From positions 1 through 64,000 of the forward strand of contig CAXHJY010000796.1 of the NCBI GenBank assembly GCA_964016885.1: a stretch of DNA of 64,000 bases, written 5' to 3'. Below, piece by piece: positions 1 to 15,069 of this stretch (position 1 is its first letter; each line of letters opens with the position of its first letter). Made by a program: the position numbers and the translations under genes. The DNA comes from Eledone cirrhosa (taxonomy: Eukaryota). Under the pieces are notes generated by a model. That model saw nothing but the letters and a program-made list of their open reading frames with translations, ran no database searches and was not told the DNA's origin.

Positions 1-275
1 GAAACACATATACTTGTTTACGCGCACCTACATACTATCTCTGTCACTCTCTTTCTCCCTCTTTCTCCTCTCTCTTTCGCTCATTCTCTCTCTCTCTCTC
101 ATTCTTTCCCATCCCTCTCTCTGTCTCCCCCTCTCTCTCTCTCTCTCAATCCCATCTCTCTCTCTCTCACTCACTCGCTTTCCTTTTCTCTCTTACTCTC
201 ACGCATATCGTCTTACACTCTATATTGTCTCTCATTTTCCTTCTACCTTAACAACTTCTTTCTTACCTGCTCTTG

Positions 276-338
<63 letters not shown>

Positions 339-345
339 GATATAT
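1..345. repeat. CT-rich low-complexity tract followed by (TA)n
   Basis: Directly visible (CT)n-like sequence 30-270 and (TA)n 279-350. Confidence 0.9.
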
Positions 346-1164
346 ATATATTCTTCTCTCTTATTCCAACAATTTCCATTCTGTACTTTTTCATTGTGAG
401 GAGATGTGTTTTTTCTTCTCCCTCTCTCTATCCCTCAGTCAGTCTCTTTATACCTTCCATATAAATCCTAACATGTTATGTGAAGCTATATGAGAGAGAG
501 AGTATTAAACAGGATAACTATAAATGGTTTAAAATGCAGTGTATACTTTTTAACATGAAAGAAGGGGTCCATATAGTTTGCAGCCAGTAGTTGGTAGTCC
601 GTCCGGTTTGGTCAGTGACAGCTCACACTTTGATTCTGGAAACTGGGAACTGCCAAGAATCCATTTAATTAAGAATGCCACCACCATAAGAAGATCATGT
701 TACTTTCTATTCGAAGCAGTTTAAAATTCAGTGGCTCTGGTGATAAGTAGCTCTCATAGCGACATCTTCATTTTAATTTTTCGTCTGTCAATATAACTCG
801 AACGAAGCTCGGTCGGTCATGAATAACATAAATAACTTATGAGGGCACATTTCCTGCAACACAATCGTGCAGGGAACAGAAGACATGCTTGCTGAATAAC
901 GTAGCTATTTGGGCCGGATTGGTCCGAGGTACACCACGTGCCAAGATTACAGCCACATGGTTCCTTTGACCTCTTCCTTCTCCCCACATACTCTTCTTAA
1001 CTTTTTACTCTCACTTTTTCTCTATTTCTCTCTCCCCACCCTTACTCTAACACACTTTCTCAGTCTTTCTCTCATATACATTTTTTTTTTCGTTATCTTT
1101 CTCCCTTTTCTCTGTGGCTTTCATTTTTCTCTATTCAAATTGCCCATCTTTTTTATATTCCTTC

Positions 1165-1560
1165 CATCATACCACCACCACCACCACCACCATCTCACCA
1201 CCTCACCACCTCCAGCATCCCCACCATCACCACCACCTCCATCACCTCCATCACCACCACCTCCATCACTTCCATCACCATCACCTCACCACTTCCACCA
1301 CCGCCACGCCACAACCACCACAACAACAACAACCATCTCCACCACCACCTCCACCAGCATCACCTCTACCTCCACCACCTCTGCCTCCCACCACACTCCC
1401 CCACCACCACCACCACCACCACCACAACCAGAGCAACAACCGTCTCCACCTCAACTAATACCAACACCACCACCCCCACCATCCCCCACCACCACCTCCA
1501 CCAACACCATCCCCCACCACCACCTCCACCAACACCAACGCCACCACCACCACCGTCACC
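1165..1560. repeat. Degenerate (CAC/ACC)n triplet repeat
   Basis: Runs of cac/cat/cct/caa triplets; source of the poly-H/P/T ORFs. Confidence 0.9.
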
Positions 1561-1939
1561 TTCCTACTTTCACTTTTACAAAGTAGCTCCCCCCCCGTCC
1601 CTCTTCTGTCCAAATTTTTCTCTCTTTTACAGTTGTTGTTTTTATTATTATTACTATTATTATTATTATTGTTACTATTATTATTATTACTAGCATTATT
1701 CTTTCCTTTCCTTTCCTTCTCTCTCCTTATCGCAATTCTCCACCACCTCCACCACCATCACCTTCATTTCCATATGTCCTTCTTTCCTTCTTTCTCTCTT
1801 TCTTTCTCTATATCTCTTTCGATTCTTTTTCTTCTCTCTCTTTATTTATTTTTTCCCCTTTTTTCCATATATAAATATGCGAGTGAGTCTTTCTAATTAT
1901 TTCACATAGTTTTCTTTGCTCCCCTCGCAAATACACCTC

Positions 1940-1963
1940 GCTCTTCATCTCTCTCTCTACCTA

Positions 1964-2034
<71 letters not shown>

Positions 2035-2215
2035 CTATATCTCACTCTCTCACTCGCTCTTTCTTGCCATCTCTCTCTCTCCATCTTTCTATCTATCTAT
2101 CTATCTATCTATCTCTCTCTCTCACTCTCTCTCTCCCATTCTCCCCCTCTCACTATCTCCTTCTCACTCTCTCACTCGCTCTCTCGCCATCTTTCCCCCT
2201 TCCCCTCTCTTCCTA

Positions 2216-2272
<57 letters not shown>

Positions 2273-2510
2273 CTCTCACTCTCTCTCAATTTCTCTCTTG
2301 CCATCTCTCCACCTTCCCCTAATCTCACTATCTCTCTCCCACACGCTCTCGCGCCATCTTCTCCCTTCCCCTCACTCCCACACACACTCTCTCTCTCTCT
2401 CTATGTTTCCTTCTCTATCCCTCCATCTCTCTCTATTTCTCTCTCCCACTCTCTCACTCTCTCTCGCCATCTCCACCTTAAACCCTCTCTCTCTCTCTTC
2501 CTTCCTCATT
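1940..2510. repeat. (CT)n/(CTAT)n low-complexity tract
   Basis: Directly visible. Confidence 0.9.
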
Positions 2511-3089
2511 CTCCCACCCTTCATCTAAATACTTCTCTTCCTTCTACTCCAACGTTTCCGGTTTGCCTGGCTTTTCCCTCTTATTACACCATTTCATCGT
2601 TTGTTTCTTGAATTATTCAAGACCATAGTTCATTTCGCTGCCCGCCTGGATGACTGGCATAAAGAAGCCATTGACACATCCAATATCGTTTATTCGCTCA
2701 TTCCATCAAATATTACTTGGTGCTTGCTGTTCTTATTTTATTCCTTTATTCCTTTCATTCGTCTAAACTAAAAGTTTAAATAACGAAGAGCTCACTTAAT
2801 GGGTGAAAGAAAGCTGGAGGTGTGGGGTGAAGGGGAGATATTGGTGGAGAGAGAGAGGGATCGTGAGGGAGAGAAGGGGGAGAGAGGGAGAGAGAGAAGG
2901 AGAGGGGGAGAACCAGAGACATACAGAGAGAGAGAGAGAGACAAATAGAGATATAGAGAAAGAGAGCCTGTGTGTAGAAGGAAGAGAGAGAGCTAAATTG
3001 AAAGATAGATAGAGTGACGCAGAGAGACAGATAAGGAGAGAGAGTGAGAGAGAGAAAGAGAAAGGAAGACAGAACGAGAAAGGGAGTGG

Positions 3090-3122
<33 letters not shown>

Positions 3123-3123
<1 letters not shown>

Positions 3124-3265
3124 GTGCGGCAGAAACTCGAGTCCGGGTACCTTATAGGCACCCGTTTTACGTGTGTTGTGTTGAGGCAAATAACTATGTG
3201 TATACTCTGGTAATGTATCTTACATTGCCCATTGATAAATATGGTGGGTCCGTCAACCCTTATTA
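3123..3265 (+). mobile_element. Short 5'-truncated insert in (TA)n beginning with the 3' half of a hammerhead (GAAA-CTCGAG-TC)
   Basis: Unique ~140 bp between two (TA)n tracts. GAAA 3132-3135, palindrome CTCGAG, GTC triplet; no CTGANGA upstream. Confidence 0.5.
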
Positions 3266-3272
3266 TATATAT

Positions 3273-3324
<52 letters not shown>

Positions 3325-3407
3325 GTATATATATATAATAAGGGTTGATATATATATATATACGTATATATGTATATATATGCGTATATATATATGTATA
3401 TATATGC

Positions 3408-3463
<56 letters not shown>

Positions 3464-3531
3464 GTATATATGTATATATATATATATATACGTATATATA
3501 TATATACGTATATATATATATATACGTATAC

Positions 3532-3572
<41 letters not shown>

Positions 3573-4675
3573 TATATATAAGAACAAGAAGAGATTGAGA
3601 TAGAGAGAGAGAGAGAGAGCAACAGACAGAGAGGGAGAGAGAGAACAACAGAAAGAGAGAGAGAGAGAGACAGATAAACAGACAGAGATAGAAAACGATA
3701 TAGAGACGGAAAAACAGATCATATATGTGTGTAAAAGAGAGAAAGGATAGAAATATATCTAATATAAAGCTAGAATAAATAAAAAAAAAAAACACATCAT
3801 GTCTAACGAGAGAAAAGATGTATGAGGTGAAATATATTCAGAGTCACAGAGGTATGGAGATTTCGGTTTAAATCTGCGAGAGAGAAAAACTGAGAAACAA
3901 TAGACGGTAATTAGAAACAGCAAGATCTCGCTCCTGTCTTTCAACATACACCGATATAGTATATATATATGGTATAGAGTTTGTGTATTTCTCTATTACG
4001 GTTAAATATAAGTATGTATACGTACATACATATATGTATACAGACGTACAATAGTATGTATATATATATATACATACATGCACACATATATATGTACGCA
4101 TGGATTTTTTCCGTCTATTACGGTTGTATTACTCTTAAATTTCTGTAGGTCTTTTAAGTCTTCTGTTGTGTATATAATATATAATTTTATTCACATCTTG
4201 GATGATTCAGAGGGATATTAAATAAACCGTCGTATATAACTGGTACTTTATTTTATCACGGATCAGGACCTATACCATCACCCCGTAGTTTGCTCGAATC
4301 ATTGTGGAATATGAGATGCTAACACAACTAGGAAATACGTTTGGTTATTTGGAAGCCGGGCAATGCGTGTGAGGTAATAGTGACAAGGTAATAAGAATTT
4401 GAGAAAATAGATTGAGGTAAAAAAGAACTGAGATAAAAGAGTGAGGACGAGAGAAGGTTACCTTAGTAAATTTAATGATCCCAATTATTTACGGATTTTC
4501 CATCCATTATCAAGGGAAGTCGGTAGAGGCACCTCAGAGAGAAACCTGAGAAATGGCATGGGTGGCTGTTAGATTTAATATCGATCGTAAAAATTCACGC
4601 GTCTGTGATGGCGTTAATGTGATCGACAAAATTATGGTGGTGCTCCAGTATGAAGATAATATAACTGAAACCTGA

Positions 4676-4719
<44 letters not shown>

Positions 4720-4964
4720 AGATCAAAAGATGGTTAAAGGAGTTCCATATATTTTATTATGCGCATTTCAAAAACAAACATCATCAAGCAATAATATTTG
4801 TGTTTTCATCAGATAAAACAGGAGAACATGATATGAAGGCTAAAAAACACTTGTTGATAGTGCAGTTTTAAATCAACATATCTTATCCGATATCTGCATT
4901 GCTTTATTGTACTACAATAAAACTCACCTCCTACACACATATATATATATATATATATATGCAT

Positions 4965-5155
4965 GGATCCTTAGCGTAGATCACAGGGAGACTCAGTGTG
5001 ATATTGTATAAAAAGGATGACGTTTTGAATTCATTTTTGTAGCTGAATGAACTGAACGTGAAGTAAAGTGTCTTAGCTAAGGACACAATGTACCACCGTG
5101 AATCAAACTCACGACCTTACGATCGTGAGCTGAACACTCTAACCACTAAGCTACA
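4965..5155 (-). mobile_element. tRNA-derived SINE, family B (degenerate)
   Basis: Reverse complement reads gtagcttagtggttagagtgttc...gtgagtttgattc...gtgtccttagctaagacactttacttcacg, homologous to 23388-23510. Confidence 0.7.
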
Positions 5156-6083
5156 CTAAGCCTTCCCTGGGGCTAAGCACTGATCATTAAACCCCTCTTA
5201 ATGGTTTGTCAGGGTTTTAGATGAGGACAATATGATAAGAATGAAGCTATTAATTCTCCTTTTACAGCAACAAGCTTTGTGTCTAACAAGTCGACATTAT
5301 AACAGTGTTTTAATTAACCTCATGTTCTATACAGATTTCACCTCTCTTCCTTTTCAGGTAAAAATACACAGTGAAACAAACCTTATCATGGTCAACATCA
5401 AGTAGTAGATGAACCTATATATTTGTTGTTACATTTATTCCGTCTTGTGTCTATTCTCTTCTCAACAACAACCACAACAACAACTACAACAACAACAACA
5501 ACTTATTTCTAGTCTTGTACGATTTCCAAGTAACCTGAGAGAACAGGCAGCTGACTCTTATGATGTTGGCATCGGAGTGATAAATGGTTTGAAGAAGCTG
5601 CCGACATTTTAACAACCGTTTCTGAAAATCGGATTTGCTATTTGTGTCTACTAATCTATTGTGAGATCTTTATTTCAACAAATCTTATTTAGTAAACGCA
5701 GCAGCAGCAGATAATACGGCAGACGAATCAATGGCGGGGTCTATTAAGAAGCACTACAGCTTGTAGAATCCTTCTGTAACAAGTGACGTTCGTTTTCTCT
5801 CTTATTATCATCACAGTGAACCGGGGACCGTCTCCCATTACTTCCCTTCATTCTTTCTATTTATTATTTACTGTTGTAGTTTGGGGCAATAAGCCATTGA
5901 ATGAGACAGTCAATCTAGATGACAGAATCCAGGTTTATGACCTTGTGTCCAAGGAAATCGATAAATCTGCTGAATGGTTAGCGAAGAATTAGGCTAACGA
6001 CATGAAGGCATCTAATGCTTATGCATGCGCAGACGTTTGCATATTGTTTGATAGCGTTCAGACATGTTTTACTTTGAATGCAT

Positions 6084-6451
6084 AAGTATACATACATACA
6101 CATACAGACACACATTTACATATGTATATATATATATATATATATATGTGTGTATGTATATATATATATATATATATACATACATATATATATATATATG
6201 ACTGTATGTATATATACATATATATATGTATATAAATATATATGTATATGTATGTATATATATATACATATATATATATACATATATATATATATATTTA
6301 TATACATATATATATGTATATATGTATATATACATACAGTCATAGATATATGTATGTATATATATATATACATAGATATATATATATAGATATATATAAA
6401 TATATATGTATATATATATATATATATGTATATACATATATATATACATAT

Positions 6452-6534
<83 letters not shown>

Positions 6535-6657
6535 TGTATATATATATATATATACATACATATATATATATGACTGTATGTATATATACATATATATATG
6601 TATATAAATATATATGTATATGTATGTATATATATGCATATATATATATATATATGC

Positions 6658-6706
<49 letters not shown>

Positions 6707-6745
6707 CAAATATGTATATAGAGAGAGAGACATACATATATAAAT
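6084..6745. repeat. Compound (TA)n/(TACA)n microsatellite with internal direct and inverted blocks
   Basis: tatgactgtatg at ~6197 and ~6569; reverse complement catacagtcata at ~6333. Confidence 0.9.
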
Positions 6746-7324
6746 AAATGTATGTGTGCCTGTGTGAACCTCTATATGCATGTACGTGCGTTGCGTTTAT
6801 GTGTCTGGTGTAGGGTAGTAGAGAAGGAGTCTCGTCTTTCAGACTGTAAGTCTAAGACTACATGACACGGCCACGTGAGTGACGATGATGAAATCATGTT
6901 AATTTCCACTTTTCTGATACACTGTTCGCTGTTTTTCATTGGCTTAAGTCTTGTGGAAATAATTACGTCAAATTGAGTAACATCAGAGATTGATAAATAT
7001 ATAGGTTTTTAAAGAGGCGATGGAAATATACCAATGAACGGAAATATAAAGGAATGATATACGTCTTAGGAGAAGAAGCCTATAGAATCGACCTCCGTCG
7101 GTTTTAACGATGCGAGTTCTAGTTGTTCGATCAACATAGAACGGTCTGATCATGGAAGTAACGTGTAACCTTTTAACCTAATAACATGTTTCTAAAGGAG
7201 CGGATCATTAGGGGACGGCTGCTTCCGATAGGAATTGCTGAAAGAAGAAGAAGATTTTTTTTTTGCAGAGAAGGATAGAAAGTGAGAGAACGTAAGTGAA
7301 AAAGAGATATGGAGGAAGAATCAA

Positions 7325-7865
7325 ACCCTAGTATTAAACTGGTATATTTTTATCAATCTCTGACCTCGGTGGATTTCGAACTGGAAGAGTAGAAAGCCGA
7401 AATAAATACCACAATCATTCTATTCAACGTTTTAACGGCTCTGCCAATTCTCACCATTATAAATGTTGGCACCATCGCTAATTAATGGTTTCTTATATAG
7501 GCACAAGACAGCAATTTGAAAGGAAGGAGTAAGTCGATTTAAATCGACACCAGTGCATTACTGGTACTTTATTTTATCGACTCCGTAAGGATAAAAGGCA
7601 GAGTTAACCTCGGCGGGATTTGAATTCAGACCGTAAAGGACCATAACTCTATGTTGCAAAGCATCATATCTGACGCTCTATTTTGGCACAAGGCCAGCAA
7701 TTACCCCAGTGTATTACTGGTACTTTATTTTATCGACCCCCGTAAAGGATGAAAGGTAAAGTTGAACCTCGGTGGGATTTTAACTCAGACCGTAAAGGGC
7801 CGTAACTCTATGCTGCAAAGCATGGCGTCCGACCCGCTACCGATACTGCCAATCCACCGCCCTTA
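7325..7865 (-). mobile_element. Cluster of three tRNA-derived SINE family A copies (youngest 7680-7865)
   Basis: Repeated actggtactttattttatcgac...gatgaaagg(c/t)aaagtt-acctcgg-gggattt, ending at the head ...ccgatactgccaatccaccgccctt. Confidence 0.9.
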
Positions 7866-8247
7866 GTTAATTAATAGAAGCTCGTCAGTTTGGGATTGAA
7901 ACTTAAATAACCTGTCAAAATAAATAGATCAATCACAAATCCTATATATTAGAAGATATTGTCCTCTGTAGCTCAGCATCCCGCTTTAAGTAAACACCTA
8001 CAAGAGATGGATAAAACCGTGAAATATGTATACATCGCTTATAGACGGATACTGAGTTGGCCCCGATATGATCAGAGCTTACAATACTTACGGCGAGACT
8101 ATATTTTTGTTTGTTATAGGTAAACATATTGTAAGTGACAATTGCCTCTATATACATCTCTGTCTCTATAGTGTCTAATGCACACACATACATAGACATA
8201 CAGACACACAGACACACGCACACACACACACACACACACACTCACAC

Positions 8248-8278
<31 letters not shown>

Positions 8279-9399
8279 AGTGTGTGTGTGTATATATATG
8301 TGTGTGTGTGATACATACATATATATATATATATATATACATATATATATTATATATACACACACACACACACGCACACACATATATATATATATATATA
8401 TACCTATACATTAATACATTAGTTATAAAAATCTTTGTCATATACAACTCGAAATTATTGCATACGTATTTGAAAAATAACCTTATACAACAATGTATAT
8501 GTATACATTGTTATACAACAATATACACACATTTTGTAGGGGGACCGCGGGTTATATTGTGAGACATCAAGTGATAATCAAAACCATCCCCTCTCTATGA
8601 GTCTTATTTCGTGTGCAATGTATAATTTGACAAGAATAGTTTTGCATACGTGTCAAGAAAAATAAGAAAATATACATAAAATTTTCAATAAAATTTTTTA
8701 TTTTATAAATTTATTTATTTATTTTATTTATAGAAACGAATGAAGTGAAAATTGTAAATTTGTTTCGGTTTAGATCCTAAAATTATTGATTCAAGTGGAA
8801 TTTCAAAAATGCTTATAGTAACAGTTTCTATGAGCGTTAGCAAAAGAATCCGAATTTTAGCAGCTTCTGCTCAAAATTTGCATTAAACACTGTTCTGCAT
8901 TAAGCATTCGTACGCTAATGAAAACGCATGTAACCATTACAAAAACATGTCTGTAAGTAGCTGAAACCCCTCGAATTTTCTTTCTTTTCTTTCATTTTTG
9001 ACGGGGTTTTTTGTTTGAAAAGGGAATGCTATGAAATAAAACGTACATGGTGTCTACAGATAGAAGCTTATGATCTCTATATATTTTTCAAATAATGTTT
9101 AATTTACCGGCTTTCTAAAATTTTGTTACGCCTATGTCTAAGCTATATAATCAATTCTCAAAAGCCAGACGCTATGTATTAAAAGCCTTTTTTTAAGCAA
9201 ACCCCTATTTTTTTGCCTTTCATTTACAAGGTATCATTTTAACATTGCTATGTTTTGTATCAATCTAAACATTGAATTACGTACGTTACATAGATATAAG
9301 TGGCAAAATCATAAATTGCTGATTTTTATACACAATTTTTGAATGGATTTATACTTTGTTAAATAAGAATAGAATATTCAGTGACATAACTCGTATATA

Positions 9400-9665
9400 C
9401 CGTGGACACCCGTCACTTACGACGATGAGTGTTCCAGTTCTTTTTCTAACAACGGAATAGCCTGCTCATGAAATTAACTTGAAAATGGCTGAGAATTCCA
9501 CACATCCGTGCCCCACTCAAGGGAAATAAAATATGACAGAGTTTGAGACACGGCTGGCTCATTTTTATTAACTGAGTGGAGCGGAGCAATGGAAAATTTC
9601 AGGGCATGTTCAATGACACAACAGCCTGCCAGGAATCGAAATCATGATCTTACAACCATAAGCCA
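9400..9665 (-). mobile_element. Degenerate SINE, family B-like
   Basis: ctcattttt..aactgagtggagcggagcaa...gacacaac...caggaatcgaa resembles the reverse complement of 23388-23510. Confidence 0.55.
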
Positions 9666-10259
9666 TTTGGTAGAGTACAAAGAACTAAACTAATCACTAC
9701 AAATAAATTAACCAAATTTGCTCTCAAAATTCAGAAATGCTTCCACCGCCCCTGAAGGGCACTACTTACTTTATAGTAAATAAATAACGTGGTAGTACTC
9801 TTGAAACCTCATCGTCAGTTTCTGTTAAATACTTACTGCACACTGCCTACCAAACAATTTAATTCTACTGTAGGTTTTGTTTAAGCTTGTTACAAAAACA
9901 AAATATAAAACAATGAAACCAACGAATTTCAGCCTATTAAGGGTGTATGTAGCTAGAAAATGTTGGAAAGTTATTTTTCAGCTGCAGAAAAATAAAGCTC
10001 GTTAAGACATTGGTGTCTAGGGAAGAGTTTTAATTAAATTTGATGAAATGATGTATCGAGAGAATTGTCTTAATCATTGTATACGTTAGGGCCGATTGAA
10101 GAGTCTCTATGTACAATAATTTCGCTTTCAGCAAGCAAATCACAATTAATTGGAAGAAAAAGAAAGAAAAGAAAATCGTTCTATATATAGATCGATTCTT
10201 TCTGACAAAATTATAAATAAAATTAAATGAAAGCAAAATAAAATGAAACAAAAAAGGAA

Positions 10260-10327
10260 ATATATATATATATACGTATATATATATATATATATATATA
10301 TATACGTATATATATATATATATATAC

Positions 10328-10381
<54 letters not shown>

Positions 10382-10538
10382 GTATATATATATATATATA
10401 TATATACGTATATATATATATATATATATACGTATATATACGTATATATATATTTATATATATATATATGTATATATACGTATATATACGTATATATATA
10501 TTTATATATATATATATACGTATATATACGTATATATA

Positions 10539-10585
<47 letters not shown>

Positions 10586-10616
10586 ACATGTGTGGATGCA
10601 AAAAAGGAAATATATA

Positions 10617-10677
<61 letters not shown>

Positions 10678-10684
10678 GTGTGTG

Positions 10685-10720
<36 letters not shown>

Positions 10721-10785
10721 AATGTGTATGCGTGTGTGTGTGTGCCTGTATGTATGTATCTATGTATGTATGTATGTATATTTGT
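10260..10785. repeat. (TA)n with CG interruptions plus (TG)n/(TATG)n
   Basis: Directly visible. Confidence 0.95.
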
Positions 10786-11160
10786 GTATTAGTGTTCGTA
10801 GAGTCTTTTTTCAAACAACAATGTTTCAGCACTGTCATTGAAAAGGTGATAGCTACATATAAATAACGACAACAATAATAATAACAACGGAGATAAATTT
10901 TCTAACTTGGAAATTAGAAATTTGTATTTAAAACGCAGTAAAAGTTAAAGTCGTTTCTAAGTATCAATTTAAAAGGTGTGAACACAACAACTCAAAAGAA
11001 GGCTAACTATTGGAATGAGTCACAATTTGATGAATAAAAAGATTCCAGTATTCTAACCGAAAGGTTATTGTTTCATATCCGATCACAGGTGGTGTTGTGT
11101 GTTATCTGGAAGAAGGTTTTCTATCAGCAAAAAATAACAGGTCAGAAATAACTGATACAG

Positions 11161-11488
11161 ACTTTATATTTTAAAATGGTGTAGGAGAAGATGCACTTAC
11201 GTAAGTGCAGTTCTTGAGTGGAGTGTTTGTGAGAAATATTTTATACGGGATCTAGGACTCACCACCAGGATGCGACCCGGCCCCCTTAGAATGTAAGAAG
11301 TTAAGGGACGAAACACTCGCTTCGAGGTGGGTCTTCTCTGAAGACCTTCCGCTGTCCAGCTCTCCTGAAAGTTTCTTACTTCTGGTACATACCTTATATT
11401 TTAAAATGGCGTAGGAGGAGAGGCACTTAGGTAGGTGCAGTTCTGGAGTAGAATAATTGAGAGAAATATTGTGTACATGATCTAGGAT
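11161..11488. repeat. Diverged ~98-bp direct repeat pair (11161-11258, 11391-11488)
   Basis: Both read ac(t/c)ttatattttaaaatgg(t/c)gtaggag..ga.gcactta.gta.gtgcagttct.gagt...gagaaatatt.t.tac..gatctagga. Confidence 0.85.
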
Positions 11489-13531
11489 GTGAAACAGAGT
11501 AGAGATGATGGAGTTAGAAATAACTAATGTGTCCTGTTTATAATATGAGTATCACTCCCGACAATGAAAGTGATATTATTTCAAATCCTCTGTACACCTA
11601 TTTTACCTCAATTATTTCGCCAATGTCCTTGTTAAATATATGAACGACACACTTTTCTATTTAACTCTACGCTTATTATGAAACATTTTTATATAAATTA
11701 TTTGACCATCTGTCGTGTCATTGTATTTCTCGCTTTGATTTTTATTCTTGTAGTGGTTTCGATGGAAAGAAAGCAAGCATTTAGAAAAGCTATACATCTC
11801 AGAACAACTACTTTACCTCATGTAATTATTTTTTAAATAATTTTTGGTGTATATCTTAGTCATTATTTTTTTGTACTTGATATTTTGATATTTAGGAGCT
11901 TAAGAAAACGGCATCGTTCAATGATTTTTGTTGCAGTTGTTGTCAATCATTTGCACCACATTGTTGCAAGCTGGTATTAAAATCTTCATAACTTGTCTAA
12001 TAGGAATTCTTTACAAGGAGATTATTTTAAATTTCTATCTAATCATCCCCATTATGAAATTCTAGTCATGTTTGTTTAAATATATTACGACATATGTGAA
12101 TGTAATGCCGTATTAACTTCAGTTATAGCATCTGGTACAATTCAGAAGACAAGCAAAACACTGGTTAGGGTCTTCCTATGTACGTTTATAGCTCGATATC
12201 GTCAGATTAATTTACAACTTCCATCCATGCGCATAAGCCCTTAACGCTTAGTAGAGTCGTAAGGGCGCCATTGTGACATATCCGTCTTAGGCATTTATAT
12301 GCCCGTTTGTCGGCATTTAAACTTGATGAAGCTTATCCTTCTCCTGTTCTTATCATCCCCAATTGTTCCAGAGAGAGAATGTGCGTGTGAGAGAGTGTGA
12401 GAGAAGGGAAGTAAGAAAGAGATATAGAGGAACAATCTAACACTGATAAAACACAGGTGCCCAGTTGTATCGGCTATTGCTTGTCCCTTTGATGAAATCG
12501 GTATCGTGGAGAGAAGAGAGTTGTATATATGGACGATTGCAAGCCTTTCACAATATACCTTGCACAGATTGTCGCCTCAGTGAGGGGAACATAGACAACC
12601 AGTCATAGTTACAACACACACAGCTCGTCATAACAAACAGAAGAATGCCCTTTACGTTCATTTTCTTTATATAAACATGTATAAAATCCTTTCGTTTTCT
12701 TTCTTTCCATCGTAGTCACTTCAGGTTTGAAGTTAAAAGACATCTAACTATAGAGGAAAAAGAAAATGGAGGTGGAAACGTGTGAAAGAAATATGGATCC
12801 CAAAACATGGCGATATTGAATGAAATGGAGTAAGCCAAGACTGCCAATCTACAAATGTTCATCGTCGTCGTCTTTAATGGAAGAGAGTGTTGAACAGATG
12901 TTAACTTATAGATCCAAATACGTCAATCAAGAAGAAATAAATGCTTGTTACAAAATGATTTTGGATGAGAATAAAAACACTTTATTCAGCAGTTTTGTAA
13001 CCATGACTTTTCTTCACCATTTTGCTTTCCTCCATCCCTTTACATTGAACTCTATAAATCCCCTTCCCTTCTATCTTATTGTCTCCTTCATTAACTTTAT
13101 TATTCACCTTTATACCACTCTGAGTTTTTTTTGAGTTTTTTCCTCTATTTTCTTCTTTTAGTTCTGTTTTTTTTTGTCTTTTAAAATCTGTCTTTTTATT
13201 TTTAGTGAGGGAGAGAAAGAGATAGCGGTGATTCGGACTTCCATTTTTTTTTTTTTCGAAAAATATCCTCTCCCTGGAACGTTCAATGTTCAGACGTGTT
13301 ACTATATTTTCTCTCTCTCTCTCTCTCTCCTTTCATCAGTAGCGGTCATTGCTAATAGTTCGCTATACTTCTCTCTACTTCTCTCCTCCGTGCAATGACT
13401 TAAAATAGACGCGCTCAAACAAAAGCCATACGGGAAGCATTTGTTTTTCTTTTGTATGAGATTGAACAAAAACAAACGACAGGATGTTCCTTTATTTTTT
13501 GTTAGTTAGTTAGCCATGTCTTCTATCTATG

Positions 13532-13580
<49 letters not shown>

Positions 13581-13841
13581 CATTTATGTTTGTGTGTGTA
13601 TTTATAGATATACATATATATATAAATACATATACACACATATATATATACAAAGGCATATATATATATACATGTATATTTATATATGTTATACATACAT
13701 ATATGTATATGTGTGTCTATGTATGTATATATATATATATATACATACACACATGTATATATATATACATGTATATTTATATATTTTATACATACATATA
13801 TGTATATGTGTATCTATCTATATATATACCCATACACACAC

Positions 13842-13881
<40 letters not shown>

Positions 13882-15069
13882 TGGTTTCAGTGTGTTTAAA
13901 CGCTGCATACAAATCCTATTTAAAGTGGCATTGTTATAGCTGGAATGGCATTCATATTGGATTATCGACAAGGTCAACTCAATGATTACCACAGAAACAA
14001 TAGTAAACTATATGTCATTTATTAGTTTTCCTTGAGACGTCAGAACAGGGCAATCTTTCTGCTGAAACTCTCTTCTTAGTTTTTCTTCTATTTATTAACT
14101 TATTCTGAAGGTTTCTCTTCTTTTTCCTTCTTTTTCTTAACTCATTCTCTATCTTTTTCTATGTTTGTTTGTTTGTTTTGCTAACCCACATTTTTGATAA
14201 ATTTCTCTCTATTTTTGTTCTTTCTTCATCATCCTTTTCTTAATTTTTCTTCTTTTTATTAACTCATTCATTCTTTTTTCTCTTCTTCTGTAAACGTATT
14301 CTTTATTTTTCTTCTTCTTTGTTAACTTATTTCCTTTTATTTTATTTTATTTTATTTTATTTTATTTTATACTTTGTTGGTGTTGTTTGTTTTGTTCCAG
14401 ATTCAGTCCAGACGTATTGCTGGCTTTTCAAAGCACAACAACGAAAGTGACTCCTATTTCCAGACACGTTGATAAAAGGATTAGAGAGTGTGTGTGGAGG
14501 GGGAGGGGGTATCTACATAAACTCTTCGTAAATATAAAGAAATTAATGCATCACTAATTTGAAACATAAAAAATAATATATAAAAAAAGCCATACATTCC
14601 TTTCTGTATAAATCCTCTCACTTTTCATACTATACAAAGCATATTTTCTCCTCGCTCACTTTTTCTATTCTTGCTTTCAAATCTAAGCACCTAGTCAATA
14701 ACTTGATATTTTCACTTTTATCACTTTACTCGAAGTTTCATTTCTTTCCTCCTTCTCTAACTATTTTTTTCTCACCATGCTTCAAATAAAACATGACAAA
14801 ACAACTATAGCAACATGTCACTGATCTGAATAGGGTCAAAGCTTGTAACCTTATTGAAAGTCCTTCATATTTATATTTATATTTATATTTATATTTATAT
14901 TTATATTTATGTCTATATTTATATTCTTAAGTGTAGTGCATTTGTCAAGAGAGGGAACATTTACAACGTAGAATTCCTGTCGATATTGTCATAAATGTAA
15001 CACAAATTCAACGGCATGTGAATGGTTTTACGACACTGCTAATAGTCTAATATTGTATTGGTCGGTTAT

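Noticed and set aside
12100-13450. Possible host promoter/exon in repeat-poor sequence, including ORF 12820-13134
   Set aside because: No recognisable protein similarity or supportable splice structure.
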